A stretch of 64,000 nucleotides of DNA from Octopus sinensis (Eukaryota): NCBI RefSeq assembly GCF_006345805.1, contig NC_042997.1:110236001-110300000 (forward strand), in the 5' to 3' direction. Below the pieces are notes generated by a model. It saw only the letters and a program-made list of their open reading frames with translations, was not told the DNA's origin and did no database searches. Below, in pieces: positions 54,064 to 63,940 of the stretch. The position numbers and the translations under genes are program-made. How positions within the stretch are numbered: position 1 is the first letter of the stretch; the number at the start of each line of letters is the position of its first letter.

Positions 54064-54587
54064 CTTTAGATTCATGCTTTAGTTTTGAGTTCATTCTCTA
54101 CAGAGACTGATTTTTATCCTTTATCTTTTAGACTCAGGAAAATAAAAATTACTTGGATTGATACAGTTATAAGAACATGTGTATAATTATTTATTTATTT
54201 ATTTATTTATGCGGACGGAACGATTGCGAACGAAAATCACGAAGTATAACGGTAATTGCGAACGTATTCCAGTTCTCTTATTAAATTCAGATCAAGTTTG
54301 AAAAATTAATCCTGATATTCTCCAAGTCAAAAACGAATCCACCACTAAATAAATAAATATATAAATAACTAAACAACAAAATAAATAAATACATAAATGG
54401 AGAAAGAAAGAAGTGAGGAATCGGATGGTTTCGGAAATACAATAACTATGATTAAATATGATTCCATCTTTCTATTGTAGAATAAAGTTTTAAAATACAG
54501 AAGGTGAATTTTAGTCTTTCCATCATATTAATTCACAACCACATCTCTCCCCTCTCTCCTCTCTCTCACCATTTCTCTCTCTCTCTC

Positions 54588-54642
<55 letters not shown>

Positions 54643-54906
54643 TTCACTCTCTCGTGATCCATTCTTCGTTTCACGTTTCTCTCAAATTCTTTCAATTTCT
54701 TCTAATTCTTTCATAATATTATATTCTATTCCTCTTCATTCCTTTTGTATTTTCTCGATTATTTTATAAGGGCAATTATTATTTTTTCCTTTTTTCTCGC
54801 CCTCACCCTCGTCCTCTATTTCCTTTCCGAATCCCCACAAAATATCTGCCCCTCACCCATTCGGTTTTTCTGACTCTTTATTTCTGATTATTCTTTGACT
54901 CTTTAA

Positions 54907-55108
54907 GGCAGAATCGTTAATATACCGGGCAAAATTCTTAGCGGTATCTCGCCAGTCTTTACGTTCTGAATTCAAATACAACCGACGTTGTCTCTGCTTT
55001 TCATCCTTTCGGGATCAATAAAATAAGTACCAGTCGAACACTGGGGTCGATATAATCGACTAACCTCTCCCCTAACATTTCAGGCCTTGTGCCAATTATA
55101 GAAAGGAA
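54907..55108 (+). mobile_element. tRNA-derived SINE (GGCAGAATCGTT head; AGGCCTTGTGCC tail)
   Basis: CTTTTCATCCTTTCGGG..AAGTACCAG..CTGGGGTCGAT domain. Confidence 0.8.
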
Positions 55109-55370
55109 TCTTTGGCTCTTTCCTTTTCCTGCATCTATCAGTTCTCCCCCACGCCGTTAATTTAGCTTCTTCTTACTTCTTTCAGTTACACATTAATTTG
55201 TTCTTATTGCTGTTTTACTTTATTCGTTTATAACCACGTTGATATATATATTTAAAATTTAAATAATAAGGGTAGAAAAATTAATATTAATTTGATTCAT
55301 ATCAATTTAAACCAGCGGCCTAGCATATTGAAAAAATCTGAAGATTCGGAAAATTATATTACATACATAT

Positions 55371-55630
55371 AAGAGGAATGACCACTAGGTGGACTCCTAA
55401 TATGCTAATGGTAGATGCCATATGGCCTGACCACTAAGACAATTTGCAGACATTTACGTATGTAAATGGTAACAATGAAACCTAGTATATATTTTGTATC
55501 TTTTCATTTGTCTTGCTCGCTTTACATTCTGGCGTTTTGGCGAATTTTCTTGAGAACATTTTTTTCTTAGCGGTCAGGCCATATGGGGTCTACATTTAGC
55601 ATATTAGGAGTCCACCTAGAGGTCATTCCT

Positions 55631-55633
<3 letters not shown>
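55371..55633. mobile_element. MITE with ~70-bp TIRs in TA context
   Basis: AAGAGGAATGACC.CTAGGTGGACTCCTAATATGCTAA.. and its reverse complement; no hammerhead core found. Confidence 0.85.
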
Positions 55634-55665
<32 letters not shown>

Positions 55666-55666
<1 letters not shown>

Positions 55667-55961
55667 ACAATTGCAGCGTGGAAGATGTTTGTAAGCCATT
55701 TAAGAACACACAAAAAACCATTAGATTTACTACAAAATTTAATTTCTGTCGAAATATTTTCGTCGCTTTGAAACTGTGACCTGTTCACTGAAAAAACTTT
55801 GCGTTGCACGAGATGCAGCACAACGTCTTGTCAGTGAACAGGTCGCTGTTTCAAAGCGACGAAAATATTTTGACACAAAGGAAATTTTAATATTGAAGTG
55901 AATCTAACGGTTTTTGTGTGTTCTTGAATGCCTTACAAACAACTTCCACACTGCAATTGTT
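55666..55961. mobile_element. ~296-bp foldback element with two outward-facing hammerhead-like motifs (G3:C8 core variant)
   Basis: Arms are inverted repeats to within a few nt of the centre; motifs at 55747-55791 (-) and 55829-55875 (+). Confidence 0.85.
55829..55875 (+). ncRNA. Hammerhead ribozyme variant with core GUGAACA
   Basis: TGTCA-GTGAACA-G-GTCGCT(GTTTCAA)AGCGAC-GAAA-ATATT-T-TGACA: 5-bp stem I, 6-bp stem II, palindromic AATATT stem III. Confidence 0.7.
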
Positions 55962-56081
55962 TTTGTCTGAGATCAAGTCACTTGCTATGCAAGTACATCT
56001 CCGTAAATATAGACATATAGCTAGTTGTAAAATCCCAAGAAGAGATCAGAGTAGTAACTATAGCAACAAATAAAGTTAATT

Positions 56082-56384
56082 ATCACATCATAGTGGCTGT
56101 TCCATGTTACTGCTAGTTTAACCCCAGGCAGATTTTCCGCCAGCTGGTTATCGGTGCGACGCTGCATGCTTTATATACAGTATATATTGCTAGCAAGGGG
56201 AGCGAACCACTTCCAACCTCCAGCAGACAATAGTGTCACGTGACTGACTCAGTTTCGAGCTGATTGGCTCATCTTCTGTGGCTCGCGACTGAGGATAGGA
56301 TAACCAGCTCGAAACTGAGCTGGCGGAAGATCTGCCTGGGGCTAAACTAGTAGTAACATGGAACAGCCACTTTAATGTGGCGAT
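56082..56384. mobile_element. Foldback element with ~65-bp arms and internal degenerate hammerhead-like pieces
   Basis: AGTGGCTGTTCCATGTTACT.CTAGTTTA.CCCCAGGCAGAT.TTCCGCCAGCT inverted repeat; CTGAGGA..CCAGCTC-GAAA-CTGAG (+) and CAGAAGA-T-GAGC/GCTC-GAAA-CTGAG-TC (-). Confidence 0.7.
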
Positions 56385-57589
56385 TGCCTTTACTTGTGAT
56401 ATATATTTGAGGGGTACAGGGTTTGATCTCTGCAGAGCCTTGCTGGCCACTTTTACCTGTCTTCTAAAGAAGATTTATGAAAGTATATGCGAAAGTGAGG
56501 CCTTATAAAATGTGTATATATTCATGTATAAAAATGGGAATTACAGTAATAATAAAATTTAAATAAAACATCTAAAAATTAGATGTAAAAACTTTAAAAA
56601 TAAAAGAGATAAAAAGATAAGAAAGAAGAAAGAATGAATTTTTAAAAAAGAAAAGTGTCTTCCGACTCACTTGCATACAAATATATATTTTTATGTGTGT
56701 GTATGTAGGTTTGCGTACCTATATTCGAAAATATTTTGTGGGGATTTTGGTTGGAGATAGGGAAATATTTAGAACATTTCTACAGTACTTGTTTAGTGTA
56801 AAACTGTAAAAGTGTTTTTTACGAATATTAAGAGGATAGTTTATGGAGGAGGGAGGGGAGAGTTGGTGAGACATTAACATGTTTCGCCGTGAGGAAAGAA
56901 TTATTGGTTTGAAAAGTTTTAATGATTTTAATACTGTGTGTTTGCATTAGGAGACTAACTCAGAGTTTCGGCTCAAAATTTGATTCCTGCATGTTAGAAT
57001 GTGGTATAATTCATTAGTACAAAGCGGGCAGGGTTTGTTGTTACATTGGTATTGTTGTGCAGTGAAAGTATTTTCCATTTGATATTCAAATGACCAAAAT
57101 AATATATATATATATATAACAAGATGAGGACAAATATCCGTCAAACGTAAATAATGTAAATAATGTATGTATGTATGTATGTAGTATGTATGTATGTATG
57201 TATGTATGTATGTAGTATGTATGTATGTATATATATATATTATATATATATATATATATTTGTGTGTATGTGTGTATATGTATTTGTGTATGCGAGAGTG
57301 TATGCATGTGTGTGTGAATGAGTGTGAATATGTATTTGTGTGTTATGGAGATGTAAATTAAAATCATTTTAAATTACATCTCCGGCGAGTTAACTTGGGA
57401 TCCTTTGACGACAGTGTAACCTTAAGTTAACTAAAGTATCTTCGGTCTGATGAGTAGATAGTGGAGTACTCCTCATTCAGTAATTATTACTTCTGAGTTC
57501 TGCTAGTTAGGAAACATATGTAACCTAGATTATATTTATACACACACGCATACATACTATATGTATCTATATTTATATATATGTCTACG

Positions 57590-57645
<56 letters not shown>

Positions 57646-57933
57646 ATTCAACAATTGAGGGTAAAATTAATTAATTAATTAATCAATTTCACCAAGTATT
57701 CAGTATGCAAAGGGACCATTTAAGGCGAATTCAAATTATTACATTATATAAAAGGGCTTAGTAAAATAAATTACTTTGCCGCATACTGAACTCGTTAGAA
57801 ATAGCAGCTAAAAAAACTTTTTATAAAACTATTTCTAACACTTAAAGAAAACCTCTCTCATATAGTGTTTGCTCAATTCAACTCAAGGAAGTATGGGGGT
57901 AGAGACATTAAAAAATCAAATGCAAAGGTTATT

Positions 57934-57986
57934 TGAGTACGTACGTTTCAAGATTAGTCAAAATCGACCCTTCTCTCATCAGCTCA
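57934..57986 (-). ncRNA. Type-I hammerhead ribozyme, array copy 1
   Basis: Reverse complement reads TGAG-CTGATGA-GAGA..GTC/GAC..TCTT-GAAA-CGTAC-GTA-CTCA. Confidence 0.88.
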
Positions 57987-58489
57987 GAATGCCCTTGTTT
58001 GAATCTGAAAACACTGAAAATGGGAGCATACCTTTCGGCTTGTTATCGCTTCTGAAGATCTGTTCCAAACTAACAGTGCCAACAAACTCAAATATGCAAG
58101 CGAAGAATTCTGCTCTCCCCTTTCCACCAGCGTGGGTTAAAATCAGCAAACACTATGTTTTTTTCGGTAAAATCCGAGACATTAAGTAGAGAGAGATGAA
58201 TTATAATTTCAACAATTGAGGGTAAAATTAATTAATTAATTAATCAATTTCACCAAGTATTCAGTATGCAAAGGGACCATTTAAGGCGAATTCAAATTAT
58301 TACATTATATAAAAGGGCTTAGTAATAATTACTTTGCCGCATACTGAACTCGTTAGAAATAGCAGCTAAAAAAATTTTTATAAAACTATTTCTAACACTT
58401 AAGAAAACCTCTCTCATATAGTGTTTGCTCAATTCAACTCAAGGAAGTATGGGGGTAGAGACATTAAAAAATCAAATGCAAAGGTTATT

Positions 58490-58542
58490 TGAGTACGTAC
58501 GTTTCAAGATTAGTCAAAATCGACCTTCCTCTCATCAGCTCA
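58490..58542 (-). ncRNA. Type-I hammerhead ribozyme, array copy 2
   Basis: Same motif; small change in the stem II internal loop. Confidence 0.86.
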
Positions 58543-58649
58543 GAATGCCCTTGTTTGAATCTGAAAACACTGAAAATGGGAGCATACCCTTTCGGCTTGT
58601 TATCGCTTCTGAACATTTTCAGTGTTTTCAGATTCAAACAAGGGCATTC

Positions 58650-58702
58650 TGAGCTGATGAGAGAAGGGTCGATTTTGACTAATCTTGAAACGTACGTACT
58701 CA
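58650..58702 (+). ncRNA. Type-I hammerhead ribozyme, array copy 3
   Basis: TGAG CTGATGA GAGAAGGGTCGATTTTGACTAATCTT GAAA CGTAC GTA CTCA; predicted cleavage after 58698. Confidence 0.9.
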
Positions 58703-59212
58703 AATAACCTTTGCATTTGATTTTTTAATGTCTCTACCCCCATACTTCCTTGAGTTGAATTGAGCAAACACTATATGAGAGAGGTTTTCTTTAAGTGTTA
58801 GAAATAGTTTTATAAAAAGTTTTTTTAGCTGCTATTTCTAACGAGTTCAGTATGCGGCAAAGTAATTTATTTTACTAAGCCCTTTTATATAATGTAATAA
58901 TTTGAATTCGCCTTAAATGGTCCCTTTGCATACTGAATACTTGGTGAAATTGATTAATTAATTAATTAATTTTACCCTCAATTGTTGAAATTATAATTCA
59001 TCTCTCTCTACTTAATGTCTCGGATTTTACCGAAAAAAACATAGTGTTTGCTGATTTTAACCCACGCTGGTGGAAAGGGGAGAGCAGAAATTCTTCGCTT
59101 GCATATTTGAGTTTGTTGGCACTGTTAGTTTGGAACAGATCTTCAGAAGCGATAACAAGCCGAAAGGGTATGCTCCCATTTTCAGTGTTTTCAGATTCAA
59201 ACAAGGGCATTC

Positions 59213-59265
59213 TGAGCTGATGAGAGAAGGGTCGATTTTGACTAATCTTGAAACGTACGTACTCA
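59213..59265 (+). ncRNA. Type-I hammerhead ribozyme, array copy 4
   Basis: Identical to copy 3; predicted cleavage after 59261. Confidence 0.9.
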
Positions 59266-59770
59266 AATAACCTTTGCATTTGATTTTTTAATGTCTCTAC
59301 CCCCATACTTCCTTGAGTTGAATTGAGCAAACACTATATGAGAGAGGTTTTCTTTAAGTGTTAGAAATAGTTTTATAAAAAGTTTTTTTAGCTGCTATTT
59401 CTAACGAGTTCAGTATGCGGCAAAGTAATTTATTTTACTAAGCCCTTTTATATATGTAATAATTTGAATTCGCCTTAAATGGTCCCTTTGCATACTGAAT
59501 ACTTGGTGAAATTGATTAATTAATTAATTAATTTTACCCTCAATTGTTGAAATTATAATTCATCTCTCTCTACTTAATGTCTCGGATTTTACCGAAAAAA
59601 ACATAGTTTGCTGATTTTAACCCACGCTGGTGGAAAGGGGAGAGCAGAATTCTTCGCTTGCATATTTGATTTGTTGGCACTGTTAGTTTGGAACAGATCT
59701 TCAGAAGCGATAACAAGCCGAAAGGGTATGCTCCCATTTTCAGTGTTTTCAGATTCAAACAAGGGCATTC

Positions 59771-59823
59771 TGAGCTGATGAGAGAAGGGTCGATTTTGAC
59801 TAATCTTGAAACGTACGTACTCA
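59771..59823 (+). ncRNA. Type-I hammerhead ribozyme, array copy 5
   Basis: Identical to copy 3; predicted cleavage after 59819. Confidence 0.9.
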
Positions 59824-60005
59824 TAACCCTTGCATTTGATTTTTTAATGTCTCTACCCCCATACTTCCTTGAGTTGAATTGAGCAAACCACTATATGAGA
59901 GAGGTTTTCTTTAAGTGTTAGAAATAGTTTTATAAAAAGTTTTTTTAGCTGCTATTTCTAACGAGTTCAGTATGCGGCAAAGTAATTTATTTTACTAAGC
60001 CCTTT

Positions 60006-60034
<29 letters not shown>

Positions 60035-60037
<3 letters not shown>

Positions 60038-60453
60038 TGTATTTCGGGATGGTCATTTTATTTGAGGTTTTTTTGCCAAATAAACACACGCACTATATAT
60101 TTTTCTTTATTACTGTTATTTTATTATTTCAACATCTGTGCATTGTCCGGAAGTCTTTCGTCACAAATCTGTGACCTCTTCGGTGACACTTTTCGAAGGA
60201 CACAAACGAATGCGCACATGAGGATACGCCTCTTAGAAGAAAATGGAGTAAGTGGCGCAAGAACACACACGGAAACGAGAATTATCGCTGAAGAGGTCAC
60301 AAGTGTGACGAAAGATTCCCGGGCGATGGACAGGTGTCGAAATAATAAAATAACGGTTGTGAACGAGTGAAGAAAAGAAATATATAGTGCGTATGTTTAT
60401 TTGGCAAAAAACAATAATAATAAATAAAATGACTATCCTGAAAAACTACAATA
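60035..60453. mobile_element. ~420-bp foldback element with a decayed outward-facing hammerhead in each arm
   Basis: ~150-bp inverted arms; C(T/C)GAAGA-G-GTCAC/GTGAC-GAAA at 60281-60327 (+) and 60142-60189 (-). Confidence 0.8.
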
Positions 60454-60524
60454 TCTGTTTCAACACCACGATTTCTCATCAGAAATCTTGCAAAACGAAT
60501 TCATATATATATATATATATATAT

Positions 60525-60760
60525 AGGGAGAATTCACAAAAAACAAACAAACAACAAAAGACGAAGACTGGTGGTATAGACAACAAACAGATGTATTAGT
60601 TTAACGCTCGGGAAGTGAAAAAGTCTTTAACGCTTCGAGCCTACGCTCTTCAACAGAAAGGAACACAAAAAGAAACAAGGAGAGAAAATAAAGAATGTGT
60701 AGTCGCTAGCGATCTATCATGGCGAATGCCAGGTAGAGTGGTCACACAGGAGAGCTAGGA
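60525..60760 (-). mobile_element. Penelope-like T-rich tail with a hammerhead-like motif (60625-60660), 3' end in (TA)n
   Basis: Reverse complement CTTT-CTGTTGA-A-GAGC(GTAG)GCTC-GAAG-CGT-T-AAAG; A6U and GAAG deviations. Confidence 0.55.
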
Positions 60761-60849
60761 AGAAGGGGAGATAATATAGTAGTGGTGATCCCAAAACGAA
60801 GGTAACCCCATAATTGAATGTGGGTTTTAACGTCGATTTAAGAGTCAAA

Positions 60850-61290
60850 CCTCGATGGATCCAGATATACTCCAAATCGGTGATTCTTGTGGTTTACTGT
60901 TTGATGTCAAATTTCTTTTCATCCGTGAGCATCAGGTTGGGCAGCGTTCCTTCAACAATCTAACCCAGGATAAGACGACTTCTCTCCAGTTTTATGGCAT
61001 TATGTAGGTCCTGAGTTCCTCTTTCAGCACTCGATACATGTATGTTCGGCTTATTTTTACCGTGGCAGCCAGTTTTCTGAGGGAGCGGCGAGGATTTCGC
61101 CGTCTCACTTCTCTGGTACGTTTGATAAGCTCAGGGGTCCATACATTTCTTTTTTTGGTTACGTAAAGGTCGATCAGTGGTGTAACCAGTCTCTTGAAAT
61201 TTCTTGACAGTTTTCCAGACTGTTGTTGGTTAATTTTAAGCTGTTTTAGCTATAGCGGTATTACTCTCGCCTCCATTGTGGATATTTACT
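60850..61290 (-). mobile_element. Decayed mariner-like (probably DD37D/maT-type) transposase N-terminal fragment
   Basis: TVWKTVKKFQETG..DRP, TPELIKRTRE..RNPRRSLRKLA, YRVLKEEL, LMLTDEKKFDI. Confidence 0.75.
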
Positions 61291-61442
61291 ATTGTGTTTC
61301 GGACTAGAGCCATTATCTAATCTATAAATCTGAATGTATTTTGTCTGAAACAAAGAGAAGACACACGAAGCTTCTTTAATGATGTATAATTTTCATATCT
61401 TATTTATTGATAGTTATCAAAACCAGAAACGTCGGTTGCTTT

Positions 61443-61482
61443 AATGATGATGATGACGACGACGACGATGATGGGGATGATG

Positions 61483-61515
<33 letters not shown>

Positions 61516-61574
61516 ATGAAGGTGACGATGATGATGACGACGATGATGACAATGATGATGATGGTGATGGTGAT

Positions 61575-61606
<32 letters not shown>

Positions 61607-61756
61607 CGAAGACAATGATGACGATAATGATGATGGTGACAATGATGATGATAATGATGATGATGATGATGATGACGACGACGACGACGACGACGACGAT
61701 GATGATGATGACGACGACGACGATGATGACGATGATGATGATGGTGACAATGATGA

Positions 61757-61787
<31 letters not shown>
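61443..61787. repeat. (GAT/GAC)n microsatellite
   Basis: Direct reading of the sequence. Confidence 0.95.
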
Positions 61788-62481
61788 ATTTCTTGTAATG
61801 ATTTTTCTACAAGGACTTATTCACACATGCAACAACTCGTTACAAAAAAAAAACTAAAAAGAAGAAAAAAAAAGTGTTAGTGAGATTTGTCGAGATGCAC
61901 ATAAACGGTTATATAAAAAAATCGAGGTAGGGGGTTGTTAGTGAAGGGGACCTTAGACGATATGTTGAGGGCAAATTAAATATTTTCTAATATAAACACA
62001 GATAAATTAGACAAAAGGAACTTGTTTCTGAGGTGTGATTAGTGGTGTTCATTACAATATTTAATCACTTCGATCGGCGTGAATGACAATTACCGTTTCA
62101 ATTTCACATTACAAGTTAAAATGTCAGGAATACAAAATTAATAAATGTTTATCTCCAGAAACCTTACGTGTGTCTCCCATTGAGTAATAGTGTCAGGTTT
62201 GTCAGGTTTTTTTTTAATCTTTATGTTTTATTACGATCAAAAGGCGTTCACATAAATTGTAAATGGCAATAAACGTGCGTGAAATTAGTATTTTTGTTTT
62301 AGGTTTGTGTATGTTGTCTGCTGGCTACGATGTGTGTGTGTGTGTGTGTGTGTGTGTGTTCATGTGTATGCTTGTGTGTGTGTGTGTGTGTGCGTGTGTG
62401 TGTTCGAGTGAGGGATAGAGAAGCCAAAAGAAATGGAGAGATAGAGAGGGAGAAGGAAAGGAAGAGAGAGACAAATAGATT

Positions 62482-62582
<101 letters not shown>

Positions 62583-62864
62583 AAAACTACAGTTGAATGT
62601 TTTTGAACATTTGATATTAATCTTCGAATTATTTCAAAGAGAAATGTCAAGTTTTGTTATAATGTCTGATCTTTAAGATATTAATCTGTTTAAAAAAAGA
62701 AAAATCATTGTTAATTTAAGTTCTGTTAATTTTCCAGTGATTGAAATTGAAGATTAAAACTTGATGAACCATGAGAACAGAAAGGACTTCAAGTTACTCT
62801 GCGAGAAAACATATGGCCCTTATATCTGTCTCAGGTTCTTCTCTTAAATACTCATTCAGTTAAA

Positions 62865-63295
62865 CTAAATGTTTTCAGAGCGTCGCCGCCATACTGTTTT
62901 GTTGTTGTTGTGGATATTGTTGTTGCTGTTGCTGTTGAGCGTAGCGGTCTTCGTCCAGTGGGAGAGGTTCGAAACGTGGCCCTTTGCTATTCGTAACACC
63001 CGCAGAAGAGAAAGCAGGTCAACCCCCGACACCGAGAGCGTCGACGGATGGATGAATGCGCATCCAGGCTCAGCGGTTGCATAGGAAGTCGGGGACAAGA
63101 AACAGGAAGAAAGGGTGAGAGAAAGTTGGAGCGAAAGAGTACAACAGAGGTCGCCACCACCCCTGCCGGAGCATCGTGGAGCCTTAGGTGTTTTCGCTCA
63201 CTAAACACACACATCGCCCGGCCGGTCTGGGAATCGAAACCGCGATCCTCCGACCGCGAGTCCTCTGCCCTAACCATTGGGCCATTGCGCCTCCA
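62865..63295 (-). mobile_element. tRNA-derived SINE (head shared with 7961-8255, different body)
   Basis: GGAGGCGCAATGGCCCAATGGTTAGGGC..GTTTCGATTCCC..GAGCGAAAACACCTAAG. Confidence 0.82.
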
Positions 63296-63675
63296 CTATT
63301 GTGTTCTCTACGTGTACCATTTGTCTCCTACTCTGCTTGGACGCGTGTATCCACCACAAACAGGTTACCGACCTAATAACTGTGTTATACAGGCATATGC
63401 TCTAGGTCTGCTCTATGTTCAACTCGATGGGATCATACCAGACGATGCGACACGACGTTGCTAACTGTGGCCTACGGCTAAAAAGGCTGGGCATGAAATA
63501 TTTACATTACCCAAGACTGATATATTGTTGTTGTTGTTTAAACCTAAGGCGGTCGTTATCGAGCAAACTACATAAATACACACACACGCGCAAATCCTCA
63601 TCACAGATATACATACATATACACAAAACAACCTATATGTATGTATATATATATGTATATATATGTATATATATG

Positions 63676-63735
<60 letters not shown>

Positions 63736-63744
63736 ATGTGACTG

Positions 63745-63940
63745 CGTGTGTATCCTTGGCAATTTTCTTTCTCCGTCTTCTCTTCCTTGGATCTTTCCTT
63801 TTCCTATGTTTCTGACGAAGAGTTCCACTCGAAACGTTAAATCTTCCTTCTTTCTTTACTTTCCTGAGCGTCCAATAACACTATACTTGTTCCACGTCCT
63901 TGCGTTGTTGTGTTTTCTCTTTGTTCATGTTTGGTTTAAC
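63745..63940 (+). mobile_element. Penelope-like tail with an intact minimal hammerhead (63808-63842), between (TA)n runs
   Basis: GTTT-CTGACGA-A-GAG(TTCCA)CTC-GAAA-CGT-T-AAAT; palindromic ACGT stem III. Confidence 0.78.

Larger units (their letters stand above)
57645..60013. mobile_element. Retrozyme-like array: five copies of a ~560-bp hammerhead-containing unit, two on the minus and three on the plus strand, joined head-to-head, within (TA)n
   Basis: Ribozyme-to-ribozyme spacing 556, 563 and 558 nt; inversion junction at 58613/58614 with a 35-nt spacer (58579-58613); copies differ mostly by homopolymer indels. Confidence 0.92.

Noticed and set aside
57447-57480. CTGATGA followed by a hairpin
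   Set aside because: No GAAA or stem III follows. The same applies to CTGATGA near 52457.
58031-58095. Second, opposite-polarity hammerhead in the array unit (CTGAAGA..GAAG)
   Set aside because: No GAAA adjacent to stem II and no UH site with a matching stem I.
57869-59330. 106-110-aa ORF repeated in the array, antisense to the ribozyme (viroid- or obelisk-like coding idea)
   Set aside because: Non-ATG start, frame changes between near-identical copies, no recognisable domain; cannot be supported.
57645-60013. Array as a pure fold-back sequencing artefact
   Set aside because: The arms are unequal and the outer flanks are not mirrored. Homopolymer differences do suggest unpolished long-read sequence, so copy number still needs read confirmation.
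61421-61437. AACC-A-GAAACGTC-GGTT, a possible hammerhead with deleted core
   Set aside because: Too short to distinguish from chance.
61407-61880. 157-aa poly-Asp ORF resembling an acidic biomineralisation protein
   Set aside because: Entirely a (GAT/GAC)n microsatellite, open in several frames; no signal peptide or exon context.
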